64,000 nt of DNA from Candidatus Falkowbacteria bacterium (GCA_018674305.1 JABHAL010000008.1:954-64953), one strand, 5' to 3'. Counted from the first letter of the stretch, positions 33,777 to 43,910 are shown. Numbers and translations are program-made. The notes: generated by a model from the sequence alone, not told the origin.

Positions 33777-36700
33777 TTATATATTTCCACCAATAAATCT
33801 TACAATAAACTGAATTATCAGATAGCTGCTGAAAATTACAGCCAATCCGATCACTGCCCAGACCATGGTTTGTGTGCCTTTCTTTACATAGTCTTCACGG
33901 CCAGCAGAAATCAGCCAGAGGCTACCACCATAGATGAACATTACCAGGGCTATAGATCCAGTTAGGCCTATCAAGAAGGTGATTACATTTCCGATTACTT
34001 CATAGGGGTTATCGGTATTCATGAAGTTTGGTAGGTTTGTTACGGGAACTTCACCACCGCCAGCAATTGGTTGAGTACATTTATTGTCAGAGCCACATTT
34101 ACCTGATTTACAGGAAGCATCTCCACCAACGCCTGGTGCACAAAGTGCGCCACCTGCGCCTTTATCTGTGCATTTATTACCTGTAACGTCACAATACTTG
34201 CCTTCACCACAACCAGTTGCAGTACATGCACAAATGGTCTTTTTGACGCCACCTACATCTTTTTCTACACACTTATGATTTGCCGGACACATTTCATCGC
34301 CACCAGTTGTTGTAACGCAATCTTTACCAGCTTCTACGTCTGCTGTGCAAGTGGTTGCGTTTTCACACCAGGCAGTACTGACACAGTCGCTATGTAATTT
34401 ACAAGTGCCTCCAGCTATGGATTTTGCTTTACATTCCTGATCTTCAATAACACAATATTGTTCTGCTCCAGGTTCTTGACCACAGTGTGAATTATCGGTG
34501 CAAGCGCATAGAGAAACACCAGTAATACAGATATCACTTTTACACATAGTTCCGAGGTAGGTTGAGCAATTTACACCTCCAGTGATTTTATCTTTACATT
34601 TTTTATCACCATTAAAATCACAGTATTGTTCACTGGAGCATTCATCATGCTTGGCACAAGTTTTTGGTGCAGCTGGAGCATCGCCAGGTGATCCTTGAGG
34701 TTGAATTGCGTCTTCGCAAGTTTTGTTTTGAGGATTACAGTTGTTAGATAAACACATGGTGCTGTAGTCACAAGGGGTTTCACCTGTGCCTAATTGCGGA
34801 GTACATATCTTTTGAATATCATCACAAAAAAATCCTTGGGAGCACTCATTGCTACTGGTTTGAGGTGTGCAGGTATCATTTTCTCCTTTAGAACCATATG
34901 TTTGTTCTGGAGTTGGGGGTGGCGTCTCGCCAGGGGCACCTTGAGCTTGAACTGCGTTTTCGCAAACATGGACAAGGTCATTACAGTTGTTTGAAAAGCA
35001 CATGTAGTTTTGCTCACAGGCTCCATTAGTTCCTTGTTGAGAGATACATTCTTTGGGACTCGGAGGCTCACCACAATATAAACCTGATGTACAGTCATTT
35101 TTTCCAGCCTCGGAAAAAGTTTGACAAGCAGCATTTGTACCTTTATCACCATATGCTTGCTGTGGTGTGGGTTCAGTTTTACAATCTGGATCACAACCAT
35201 CTTCAGCAGTATTATTTCCGTCATCGCAATCTTCACCTACGTCAAGTATAGAGTTACCACAAGCCTCTATTATACAAACATTTGAGCAACCATCACCAGC
35301 AACAACATTACCATCATCACAGCCTTCTCCTGCATCATGTACACCATTACCGCAATTTGCAGGAGCGGCAGCAAGTTTACAGTCGTTTTTGCAAGCATCA
35401 GCCTCTTCTTTGTTTCCGTCATCACATTCTTCGGTTCCTTCTTTATTACCATTTCCACAAATTGGAGTTTGAGGAGCAGAGCAACTATTTGAACCACAAC
35501 CATTTTGTGATAAACAGGCGTTAGTTAGTGCATTGTATTCAGCTAATTGAGGATCACCTTGCTCAAAGGATTCCGCATTTTTTATATAATTTTGTAAATC
35601 ACTTGGGATGCTGTTGAAGCAAGCGTTGGGGTCAGATGTACAGCATTGTTGCTGTTGGTCGTTACCATGCATAACTTGATACATTTCGCTTTCTGGTGCA
35701 GGTGGTGGGGGCGGTGGAGGTGGTGGATTAAGATCCTGTTCTTGTTTTGCTTCTTGCTCTTGGGTTGGCTCAGTGCATTTGCTTGTTGTACAAGTACCAG
35801 AAATACATTGAGCTGCTTCGTTGCAGGTTTGTTCACTAGCCAGTTTTTCAATGCATTTATTCATGTCGGCTGGTGTTCCACCAATTATATCAGTCTTACA
35901 AAATAGACCTGGTTGACATTGACCGTTATTACCCTCATTTGTACAGATTTCACCTTTGCCAGGCAAGGTTGGACCGCCTTGATTTGGTGGCGGAGCTGGT
36001 GGTTCTGTACATTTGTTGTTATTGCATTTGTTAGATAAACATTGGTTACCATTACCACAGTCAGCATTAAGTGTTCCTTTGTCAAAACAAATTTTAGGAC
36101 TGAGATAGGTAGCACAGAATTGATTATTCTGACAATTAGAATCTGAAGTACAACTTTCAGGCGGGTCGCCATTTGGCGCTGCCTCACAGTTAGCATCGCC
36201 TGCTGAACAAGCATGTGTGTTTAAACAGGCGTCGGCAAGTGCATTGTATTCAGCTAATTTAGTGTCACCTTGTTCAAAGGATTCAGTATTTTTTACATAG
36301 TCTTGTAAACTACTTGGGATGTTATTAAAGCAAGCGTTGGGGTCTGTTTCACAGCATTGGTTTTGTTGGTCATTGCCATGCATAACTTCAAACCAGTTAT
36401 ATGTTGATCCACCTGGTTGTCCTTGATCGCAGGAGTTGTTTTCACAACTTTGTCCAGGCATACAACCTTCTGGGGATCCTTCTAAACATCCGCATTTTCC
36501 AGCTTGCCAATTCCACAAACATTCATACGCATTTGTTGCAGATAGACCGCCGATTTTTTTAGGTTTACAAGATTTATCACCCTGTATATCACAATAAGAA
36601 CTGGTGTCCAAACAATTATCATGAGAAGTGCAATTACAAATGTTATTTACGCAGGTACCACTTTCGCATTGATTATTGGTTTGACATACAGCACCTTGTT

Positions 36701-37715
36701 TTCCGGCATCAGGATTGTACTGAGCTGTATTTACACAAGAGAACAAACTTTGACAGGTTTTGCCTTCAGGACAGCCTTGCGTTGAGCCTACTGTGCAGGT
36801 GCATTTTTTGATATTATTATCAGCTGAATCGGTCATTAAACCTCCAAGACAAGCATACCCATGTACGGATGCTGCACCAGCAGGTTGTTTATCAATACAC
36901 ATGGAAGTATCTTTGTTGCACCAACGATCTGGGTTTAAAATTTTACAGTCACTCATAGTCTCGCAAGTACACTTTTTGCCTTGATCTCCAGCTACACATT
37001 TATTGGTTTGACATTCATAGTTTACGTTGCAGGCCAGACCGGTAGCTTTTTGTGCGTCAGTATGACAGGAATCGTTGTACCAATTTGCGGCGCTACGTGG
37101 TGGGGCTGAACACAACTCAATGGTAGTGCAGTTTTCAGCTTTGTCTGCACAACTAAAAAAGACAGGGTCACTAGTTTGGTTTGCTGGATCAGTTAGAGAG
37201 GTTGGGTTTGTTATGCCAGGATTAACTATTTGCGCTTCATCAGAAGCAAATTGAAAAAAGGCTGATTCACCATTTAAAATATCTACAATATTGACACCAT
37301 TATTGTTAGGGTATTGAGTGAAAGCACCAACAATACTTGGATTGATATAAGGGTTGTCGAAATCATTAAAATGCACCCCGTAAGCACTATGACCTGCTCT
37401 GTCACGTAGCTTGTTAATAATAGTGTAAATTTGCTGACCAGTATTGGTATTATATTTGAACAAATTTTCAAAATCGATCAACATGGCAGCAGTAAAAGTA
37501 AAATCATTATTACAGTGTTCTTTGTATAAGCCAAGGTAAACATCGCATTGAGATATTTGACCCATTCCACAATAAGCTTTTAAACTTACGTCTACAGTTT
37601 TATAACAAAAAGCGCCTGAGCCTACGATAGAAGAGTTGTTGCCAGCGTTGACTGAAACTGTAGTGATAGTACCAGCAATTAGAAGTACAAAAATGATTGC
37701 AAAAAGTTTTTTCAT
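33777..37715 (-). CDS. giant Cys-rich surface protein with C-terminal VirB2-like (CPR-type) pilin domain
   Basis: Signal peptide, Dickkopf/EB-like Cys modules, three CGNG...E.CDDGN (Myxococcus Cys-rich type) repeats, C-terminal IG..GSIALVMFIYGG..W..SAG....V.KG...WA.IGL. Confidence 0.85.
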   Translation of the reverse strand: MKKLFAIIFVLLIAGTITTVSVNAGNNSSIVGSGAFCYKTVDVSLKAYCGMGQISQCDVYLGLYKEHCNNDFTFTAAMLIDFENLFKYNTNTGQQIYTIINKLRDRAGHSAYGVHFNDFDNPYINPSIVGAFTQYPNNNGVNIVDILNGESAFFQFASDEAQIVNPGITNPTSLTDPANQTSDPVFFSCADKAENCTTIELCSAPPRSAANWYNDSCHTDAQKATGLACNVNYECQTNKCVAGDQGKKCTCETMSDCKILNPDRWCNKDTSMCIDKQPAGAASVHGYACLGGLMTDSADNNIKKCTCTVGSTQGCPEGKTCQSLFSCVNTAQYNPDAGKQGAVCQTNNQCESGTCVNNICNCTSHDNCLDTSSYCDIQGDKSCKPKKIGGLSATNAYECLWNWQAGKCGCLEGSPEGCMPGQSCENNSCDQGQPGGSTYNWFEVMHGNDQQNQCCETDPNACFNNIPSSLQDYVKNTESFEQGDTKLAEYNALADACLNTHACSAGDANCEAAPNGDPPESCTSDSNCQNNQFCATYLSPKICFDKGTLNADCGNGNQCLSNKCNNNKCTEPPAPPPNQGGPTLPGKGEICTNEGNNGQCQPGLFCKTDIIGGTPADMNKCIEKLASEQTCNEAAQCISGTCTTSKCTEPTQEQEAKQEQDLNPPPPPPPPPAPESEMYQVMHGNDQQQQCCTSDPNACFNSIPSDLQNYIKNAESFEQGDPQLAEYNALTNACLSQNGCGSNSCSAPQTPICGNGNKEGTEECDDGNKEEADACKNDCKLAAAPANCGNGVHDAGEGCDDGNVVAGDGCSNVCIIEACGNSILDVGEDCDDGNNTAEDGCDPDCKTEPTPQQAYGDKGTNAACQTFSEAGKNDCTSGLYCGEPPSPKECISQQGTNGACEQNYMCFSNNCNDLVHVCENAVQAQGAPGETPPPTPEQTYGSKGENDTCTPQTSSNECSQGFFCDDIQKICTPQLGTGETPCDYSTMCLSNNCNPQNKTCEDAIQPQGSPGDAPAAPKTCAKHDECSSEQYCDFNGDKKCKDKITGGVNCSTYLGTMCKSDICITGVSLCACTDNSHCGQEPGAEQYCVIEDQECKAKSIAGGTCKLHSDCVSTAWCENATTCTADVEAGKDCVTTTGGDEMCPANHKCVEKDVGGVKKTICACTATGCGEGKYCDVTGNKCTDKGAGGALCAPGVGGDASCKSGKCGSDNKCTQPIAGGGEVPVTNLPNFMNTDNPYEVIGNVITFLIGLTGSIALVMFIYGGSLWLISAGREDYVKKGTQTMVWAVIGLAVIFSSYLIIQFIVRFIGGNI

Positions 37716-37754
37716 GTGCATATTTTTATTTTGGAAACCCCTGATTGAGGTTTT

Positions 37755-39212
37755 TTATTTTGAAAATTTAGGAATGAATTTTTTCCAGTTTTTGTTTTTC
37801 TGAGTTTCAATATGCTGTCTGGCAGTTCTGGTCTTAACAAAGTTTAACCATTCAGGGTTTGGCCCTTTACGATTTTTGTCAGTAACAATTTGTACTACGT
37901 CACCATTTTTTAGTCTGTGATCAAGTGCAACAATTTCGTTATTAATTAAAGATCGCGAACATTTGTTGCCAATCTCTGTATGAATATGATAAGCAAAATC
38001 AATTGGAGTAGCGCCATCAGGTAGATCGATTACGTCACCTTGTGGGGTAAATACAAAAATTCTATTTTGAAATACATCAATTTTAGCACCTTCTAAGAAT
38101 CGGTTATTGTCACCAATTTGTTTTAGCCATTCAGCCAGTTCCTGTACCCATTCAACTTCCTTTTTGCTAACTTTTTGGAATTCTTTATATTGCCAATGCG
38201 CTGCGATTCCTAGTTCTGCCTGATCGTGCATTTTTTGGGTTCTGATTTGAATTTCTACAATTTCTTGGTCATCTCCAAACACAGCAGTGTGTAGAGATTG
38301 GTAGCCGTTTGGTTTTGGTTGAGCAATATAGTCTTTGATCCGACCACGAATTGGTTTCCAAACATTGTGAATAATACCAAGCACAGCATAACAATCAGCT
38401 ACACTATCAACTATGATACGCATGGCAACCAAATCATAGATTTGTTTTATATCATTGTGATATTTTTGGTATTTTCTGAAAAAACTGTAGTAATGTTTGG
38501 TCCTTCCGTATATATCATAATATTTTATGTCGTCCTTGTCTAATTTATTTTTGATTTTCCGGACCATATTGTTCAATGTTTTTTTCTTGATCGGAAAATT
38601 GTTCTTTATAAGTTGTTCTGTTTTGTTAAAATCATCTGGGTAGGCATATTTAAAAGCAGCATCCTCCAGTTTGGATTGTAGTTCACCAATCCCTAATCGA
38701 TTAGCAATTGGTGCATAAATTTCCAAAGTTTCTTGAGCAATTCTTTTTTGCTTGTCTGCAGGTAATGCGTACAAGGTTTGTAGATTATGTAAACGGTCAG
38801 CAAATTTTATCAGGACAACCCTGATATCCTGGGCCATCGCTACAAACATTTTTCTTAGGTTTTCGACATAACGATCTATCCCTCGATACTTAATACGTCC
38901 CAGTTTTGTAATGCCTTCAACCATGCTAGCAATGTCAGAGCCAAATTCAGTTTTAATGTTCTCTAGAGTGAACTTGGTGTCTTCAGGAACATCATGTAAT
39001 AGCCCAGCGGCAATCATTGAGATTGGTAATTTTAGTTCAGCCAAACTATTAGCAGTTTGTAGACAATGCTCGATATAGTCATCGCCAGTTGATCTTTTTT
39101 GGCTCAGGTGAGCAGTCTCAGCAAAATTATAAGCTTGCTCAACTAGGTCTAGGTCAGCTTGTTTGCAATCATGAGTTTCTTTAATTGTCTCCAGTAATTG
39201 GCGGATGGTCAT
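37755..39212 (-). CDS. RelA/SpoT homologue (HD hydrolase, synthetase, TGS; no ACT)
   Basis: LLHDVPED, IKFADRLHN, GRTKH, NGYQSLHT, EIQIRT, FTPQG...TPIDFAY. Confidence 0.95.
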   Translation of the reverse strand: MTIRQLLETIKETHDCKQADLDLVEQAYNFAETAHLSQKRSTGDDYIEHCLQTANSLAELKLPISMIAAGLLHDVPEDTKFTLENIKTEFGSDIASMVEGITKLGRIKYRGIDRYVENLRKMFVAMAQDIRVVLIKFADRLHNLQTLYALPADKQKRIAQETLEIYAPIANRLGIGELQSKLEDAAFKYAYPDDFNKTEQLIKNNFPIKKKTLNNMVRKIKNKLDKDDIKYYDIYGRTKHYYSFFRKYQKYHNDIKQIYDLVAMRIIVDSVADCYAVLGIIHNVWKPIRGRIKDYIAQPKPNGYQSLHTAVFGDDQEIVEIQIRTQKMHDQAELGIAAHWQYKEFQKVSKKEVEWVQELAEWLKQIGDNNRFLEGAKIDVFQNRIFVFTPQGDVIDLPDGATPIDFAYHIHTEIGNKCSRSLINNEIVALDHRLKNGDVVQIVTDKNRKGPNPEWLNFVKTRTARQHIETQKNKNWKKFIPKFSK

Positions 39213-39216
39213 TTGT

Positions 39217-39282
39217 CATGAAACATATATCATGAATCATGTATCATTACTTCTGTTAATGTTACATGTTACATGCTACAGG
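39217..39282. repeat. inverted array of 7-mer CATGWAW / ATGTTAC units
   Basis: CATGAAACATATATCATGAATCATGTATCAT ... ATGTTACATGTTACATGCTACA. Confidence 0.55.
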
Positions 39283-39315
39283 TTTGGTGATTAACGTATA
39301 TATATTGTAGCAGAA

Positions 39316-40953
39316 TTAAAGGTTTCTTTCCATGGGAGGACGGTTGAAATAATTTTCAATACTTTTCTTGGCTCCAGGAGTTTTGACAAATTCAAGCCAT
39401 TCGGCTTTGGGGCCAGCCTGAGAGCGGTCAACAATGATTTTGATTATGTCATTTGAGGAAAGTACGTAGTTGAGTGGCACTGGTAACTCGTTTACAAATG
39501 CTTCACTACATTTATGACCTACTTCAGTGTGGACTTGATAGGCAAAGTCGATTGGCGTGGATCCTTCAGGTAATGAGATAACATCACCCTTTGGCGTGTA
39601 AATATATATTCTGCCGCCCAGGATTTCAGAATGGAATTTAGCCAAAAAGTCCTGGTCGCTTTTGTGTTGTTGTTGTTTGATTAATAGTTCTTGGATCCAT
39701 TCAGGTGATTTCTTGCGTGGATTTTTGTAATACCAATGTGCAGCAATGCCATAATCAGCAGTTTCGTTCATTTCTTTTGTTCTCACTTGAAACTCTGTCA
39801 ATCTATTGTTGATCCCGATTACAGTAGTATGTAAGCTTCGATATTGGTTACTTTTAGGGTCAGCAATATAGTCCTTGAATCGTCGCTGTTTTGGTTTCCA
39901 TAGTCGGTGAATATGACCAATCATTCGATAGCAGTCATCAATCGAATCAACAACCACTCTCAGTGCGAAAATATCACCGATCTCATAAAAACTTTTTTTC
40001 TTTACAATCATTTTTCGATGAATGCTATGAAAATGTTTGAAACGGCCACTTATCTGACAGTTGATGCCTGCCATTTTTGCAGTTTTTGTTAGATGGTTTT
40101 TTGTTTTATGAATATATTTATCACGATTCTTTCTTTCATCTACATTGAACCGTTGATTGATTTTTTCATATTCTTCTGGTTCTAAGATTTTGAATGAGTA
40201 ATCCTCGAGTTGCCAACGCAATTGCCAGATACCAAGTAGGTCGGCCAATGGTGCTAAAATTTCTCTTGATTCTAGGGCAACGTTACGTAACTTTTCATCT
40301 GAGGAAATAAGCCGATGTTTCATTCTATCAATATTTGAACTCATTTTGATAATAATCACTTGGAGATCCTCGGCCATGGCAATGGTCATCTCTCTGAGTT
40401 GATTGACGTACAGTTGATTGTTTGCGGTTCTAATCTTTCTGATTTTTTGAAAATTTGCACACAGTTTAGCTACTTCTTTGCTGGTTAATTTTTCTATTTT
40501 TTGGGAGGAGAGTTGTGATAATACGGGAAGTTCGTGTAATAATGCAGCGCAAATTGCTGCAGTAGACATTTTGATTTTTGCTAAAGTTAAAGCGGTCCGG
40601 TAAACATGTTCAAAATAGGCTTCATTTTTGCCAGACAAATATTGTCTGGCCAGGTCGTAGGATTTTACAATTAAGAATATATCCTCTGAGAGATCTTTTT
40701 GTATTTTCTCAAAAATATTTTTATCCCTTTTTGGCAAATCAAAAAGAATAGCAGCGCAAATAAATTCAATTCTAGCATTCTCCTTCGCCAAGTAACTTGC
40801 TCTTTCTAGCGCCTTGTTTTGTAGGTTTCGCTTGTCTATGAAGGGAAGATCCTTGGTTTGCTCTTTGAAAAATTTGAATGTTTTGCGAATGATCGTAAAA
40901 GAGGGAATTGGCTGCTTTTCTTCGATTAATTGAATTATCTTTTTAATAGCCAT
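39316..40953 (-). CDS. second RelA/SpoT homologue with degenerate hydrolase domain
   Basis: HD replaced by HE; KLADRLHN replaced by KMSSNIDR; synthetase (GRFKH, YRSLHT, EFQVRT) and TGS intact. Confidence 0.92.
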   Translation of the reverse strand: MAIKKIIQLIEEKQPIPSFTIIRKTFKFFKEQTKDLPFIDKRNLQNKALERASYLAKENARIEFICAAILFDLPKRDKNIFEKIQKDLSEDIFLIVKSYDLARQYLSGKNEAYFEHVYRTALTLAKIKMSTAAICAALLHELPVLSQLSSQKIEKLTSKEVAKLCANFQKIRKIRTANNQLYVNQLREMTIAMAEDLQVIIIKMSSNIDRMKHRLISSDEKLRNVALESREILAPLADLLGIWQLRWQLEDYSFKILEPEEYEKINQRFNVDERKNRDKYIHKTKNHLTKTAKMAGINCQISGRFKHFHSIHRKMIVKKKSFYEIGDIFALRVVVDSIDDCYRMIGHIHRLWKPKQRRFKDYIADPKSNQYRSLHTTVIGINNRLTEFQVRTKEMNETADYGIAAHWYYKNPRKKSPEWIQELLIKQQQHKSDQDFLAKFHSEILGGRIYIYTPKGDVISLPEGSTPIDFAYQVHTEVGHKCSEAFVNELPVPLNYVLSSNDIIKIIVDRSQAGPKAEWLEFVKTPGAKKSIENYFNRPPMERNL

Positions 40954-40997
40954 ATACTAACAATTTAGCATATTTTAGGGAAAAATCAAGAGCAGTC

Positions 40998-41093
40998 TTG
41001 ACAAAGTCAAAAATCTTTGCTATAATGAATTTGTTGATGGTAGGGAAGTATTCCCAATTCGAAAACTCCCGGGCCTTTGGTCCAGGAGTTTTT
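40998..41093 (+). ncRNA. putative small RNA 1 (about 41033-41093) with promoter and terminator
   Basis: TTGACA-17-TATAAT with extended TG (40998-41026); GGGAA-GTA-TTCCC hairpin; AAAACTCC..GGAGTTTTT terminator; no credible ORF. Confidence 0.55.
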
Positions 41094-41138
41094 GTTTTAA
41101 AAAGGTCTAATTTTAGATTTTATTTTAGTTATTAACAA

Positions 41139-41236
41139 TTGACAAATTAATGTCATTTTACTATTATATCTTTGTAGGGTTTCTGTGACACCCTTATCAT
41201 CAACAATAATTGGGGTTACAATCCAGATTCCCTACA
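41139..41236 (+). ncRNA. putative small RNA 2 (about 41174-41235), closed stem-loop
   Basis: TTGACA-17-TATTAT (41139-41167); GTAGGG/CCCTAC, TCTG/CAGA and TGTGAC-ACCC/GGG-GTTACA stems. Confidence 0.55.
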
Positions 41237-41302
41237 CTAAAAAAGCAGTTATCTGACAGGCGAAGATGCGCATCTTCGCCTGTCAGATAACTGCTTTTTT
41301 AG
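41237..41302. repeat. 66-bp perfect palindrome without spacer
   Basis: 33-bp arms checked base by base; centre at 41269/41270. Confidence 0.9.
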
Positions 41303-41305
41303 AAG

Positions 41306-41412
41306 TTCAAAATCCTAAATCCTAAACAAATACAAAATCCCAAATTCACATTTAATAAGTTGTATTTTGGGCTTTTATTGAATTTTGAAAGTATTTAGAA
41401 TTTGGGGAATTG
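41306..41412. repeat. inverted array of AAATCCT/AAATTCA 7-mers
   Basis: TCAAAATCCTAAATCCTAAACAAATACAAAATCCCAAATTC plus a degenerate inverse. Same family at 45141-45200, about 49090-49230 and about 2340-2445. Confidence 0.6.
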
Positions 41413-41416
41413 ATCA

Positions 41417-43621
41417 TTATTCACTTGTTTTATTTGTTTCGCAATCCTTGTTTCCGCAAACTTCGGTCTTTCCTTTTTCAGCCATTAGAGAGTTACAAAC
41501 TTTGCATTTATTACCGGTTGGTTTTCCCCAAAGAACAAATTTGCACTTTGGATATTTATCACAACCGTAAAAAATTCTTTTACTTCTGCCTTTACGAGAA
41601 ACAATCTCACCTTCACCACAGTCAGGGCATTTAACGCCAGTACCTTTACTAAATTTTTTTATAAATTTACAATCAGGATAATTTGAACAGCCCAAGAAGA
41701 ATCCATATCGTCCACGTCGTTTGGCCAGCTTAGCACCACAGTCAGGACATTCTTCTTCAATAAGTTCTGGCTCTACAGTTGCTTCTTCACTACCTGGAAC
41801 TGGTTTTGTGGTTTTGCATTCAGGGTAGCCAGTACAAGCCATGAATCTTCCAAAGCGGCCGGTCTTGATAACCATTGGTTCACCGCATTTTTCACAAACC
41901 TCTTCGGTATTTTCCTGAGTTAATTCTTCTTTTGTTAAAGTTTTGGTTTTCTTTTCTAAGTTCTTGTGGAATGGTCCATAAAAAGCTTTGATGATTGGTT
42001 GCCATTTCTTTTTGCCGTGAGCAATTAGATCGAGATCTTCTTCCATCTCAGCTGTGAATTTGTAATCAACAATATCCGGAAAGTGTTCAACCAGAATGTC
42101 GTTGACAATAATTCCCATGTCGGTTGGTTTCAATCTTTTTTCTTCTTTGATTACATAATTTCGGTCTTGGATAGTAGAAATAGTTGGAGCATAGGTGGAA
42201 GGTCGACCAATCCCATATTCTTCAAGAATTTTAACTAAGGTCGCTTCAGTATATCTCGCTGGCGGTTGAGTAAAATGTTGAATTGGTTTGAGTTCTTCAA
42301 TCTTGATTTCTTGATTTTCTTTAACTGCTGGAAGAATGTTTTCTTTAGTATCAGTTTGGTAAATTTTCAAAAAGCCGTCAAATTTAATAATTTGTCCTGT
42401 GGCTCGGAAAGTATATTTATCATCTTTGCTATTGATGTCGATTGAAGTGTTGCTAACAATAGCTTCTTTCATTTGACTGGCAACGGCTCTTTGCCAAATT
42501 AAATTGTAAACTTTGAATTGTTTTTCGTCCAAATGATCCTTGATGTCTTCAGGTGAAAAGTCTACATGAGTTGGTCGAATAGCCTCATGTGCTTCTTGGG
42601 CGCCCTTGGTTTTGGTTTTGAAAGTCCTAGGCTTTTCTGGTGCATAATCTTTCCCAATTTCATCTTTAATATATTTATGACAAGCACTTAGAAAATCATC
42701 TGATAAATTTAGTGAGTCAGTTCTCATGTAGGTGATAAGACCAACTGCGTCTTTACTGCCGAGCTTAATACCTTCATAAAGTTGCTGAGCTACTCGCATG
42801 GTATCTTTGGCTGACATGTGCAAACGATTGTTGGCATTTTGTTGCAAAGTTGAAGTTTTGAACGGCTCAGGAACTTTTTTCTTACTATCTTTAGTTTCAA
42901 TGTTAGAAATTTTGTAATTTGTTGATTTAAGGATTTCTTCCAGTTTTTTTGCCTCTTTTTCATTTTTGATTTGTAATTTTTTCAATGATTTACCATCAAT
43001 TGCGTGGAGTTTTGCTTCAATTTTAATTTTATCATTTGCATCAAAGATTGCTTCAAGTGTCCAATATTCATCTATTTTAAAAGCTTCTCGTTCGCGCTCC
43101 TTTTCTACGATTAATCGAACGCAGACTGATTGGACTCGACCGGCAGATAGTCCACGAGCTACTTTTTGCCATAGAAAAGGGGATAGTTCAAATCCGACTA
43201 GGCGATCTAATATCCGACGAGCTTGTTGTGCATCAACTAAATTCATGTCAATGTCGTGTGGATTTTCTATTGCTTTCTCAATTGCCTTTTTGGTAATTTC
43301 ATGAAAACCAATTCGTTTATAATTTTTTGGTTTGAGGATTTCCTTTAGATGCCAGGCAATCGCTTCTCCTTCTCGATCTTCATCGGGTGCGAATAATATT
43401 TCGTCGGCACTTTTGGCCAGTTTCTTTAATTTTGCGACTTGCGTTACAGATCTTTCTCCCACTTCATAAGTAGGTTCAAAGTTGTTTTCTATATCAATGC
43501 CCATTTTCTTTTTTGATAAATCACGAACATGGCCGTATGAAGATTCGACTTTGTATTCTTTTGATAAAAATTTGGAGATAGTTTTTGCCTTAGTTGGAGA
43601 CTCTACGATTACTAACTTCAT
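41417..43621 (-). CDS. topA: DNA topoisomerase I
   Basis: IVESPTKAKTI, D.DREGEAI, SAGRVQS, ITYMRTDS, C-terminal Zn ribbons. Confidence 0.98.
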   Translation of the reverse strand: MKLVIVESPTKAKTISKFLSKEYKVESSYGHVRDLSKKKMGIDIENNFEPTYEVGERSVTQVAKLKKLAKSADEILFAPDEDREGEAIAWHLKEILKPKNYKRIGFHEITKKAIEKAIENPHDIDMNLVDAQQARRILDRLVGFELSPFLWQKVARGLSAGRVQSVCVRLIVEKEREREAFKIDEYWTLEAIFDANDKIKIEAKLHAIDGKSLKKLQIKNEKEAKKLEEILKSTNYKISNIETKDSKKKVPEPFKTSTLQQNANNRLHMSAKDTMRVAQQLYEGIKLGSKDAVGLITYMRTDSLNLSDDFLSACHKYIKDEIGKDYAPEKPRTFKTKTKGAQEAHEAIRPTHVDFSPEDIKDHLDEKQFKVYNLIWQRAVASQMKEAIVSNTSIDINSKDDKYTFRATGQIIKFDGFLKIYQTDTKENILPAVKENQEIKIEELKPIQHFTQPPARYTEATLVKILEEYGIGRPSTYAPTISTIQDRNYVIKEEKRLKPTDMGIIVNDILVEHFPDIVDYKFTAEMEEDLDLIAHGKKKWQPIIKAFYGPFHKNLEKKTKTLTKEELTQENTEEVCEKCGEPMVIKTGRFGRFMACTGYPECKTTKPVPGSEEATVEPELIEEECPDCGAKLAKRRGRYGFFLGCSNYPDCKFIKKFSKGTGVKCPDCGEGEIVSRKGRSKRIFYGCDKYPKCKFVLWGKPTGNKCKVCNSLMAEKGKTEVCGNKDCETNKTSE

Positions 43622-43630
43622 AAGTTAAAC

Positions 43631-43701
43631 AAACGAGACAAGTGAAACAGGCGAGACAAGTCTTCTAATTTACTCGTCTTGCTCGTCTTGCTCGTCTTGC
43701 T
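43631..43701. repeat. inverted 9-mer array, sister of 12856-12930
   Basis: AAACGAGACAAGTGAAACAGGCGAGACAAGT ... ACTCGTCTTGCTCGTCTTGCTCGTCTTGCT. Confidence 0.7.
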
Positions 43702-43910
43702 GAGTATTCAAGTCCAAATATGACAGAGATGAAAAAGTTTGTCAAATGGGCTAAAAGAAATTGGAAATTGGAGAATTGAAACTCGGGTTGAGTCTGTTCT
43801 TAATAATTATCAGTCATAACCCTTAGTTTCTTTTTATTGACAAAAGTGACCGAATAGGTTAAATTGCTTTTAATAACGTCGTTGTTTGAAAACTAAACAG
43901 GGAGAAGTGT

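Noticed and set aside
35500..36390. Internal DNA duplication as a DGR template/variable pair
   Set aside because: Both copies are in-frame domains of one ORF and the differences are not confined to adenines.
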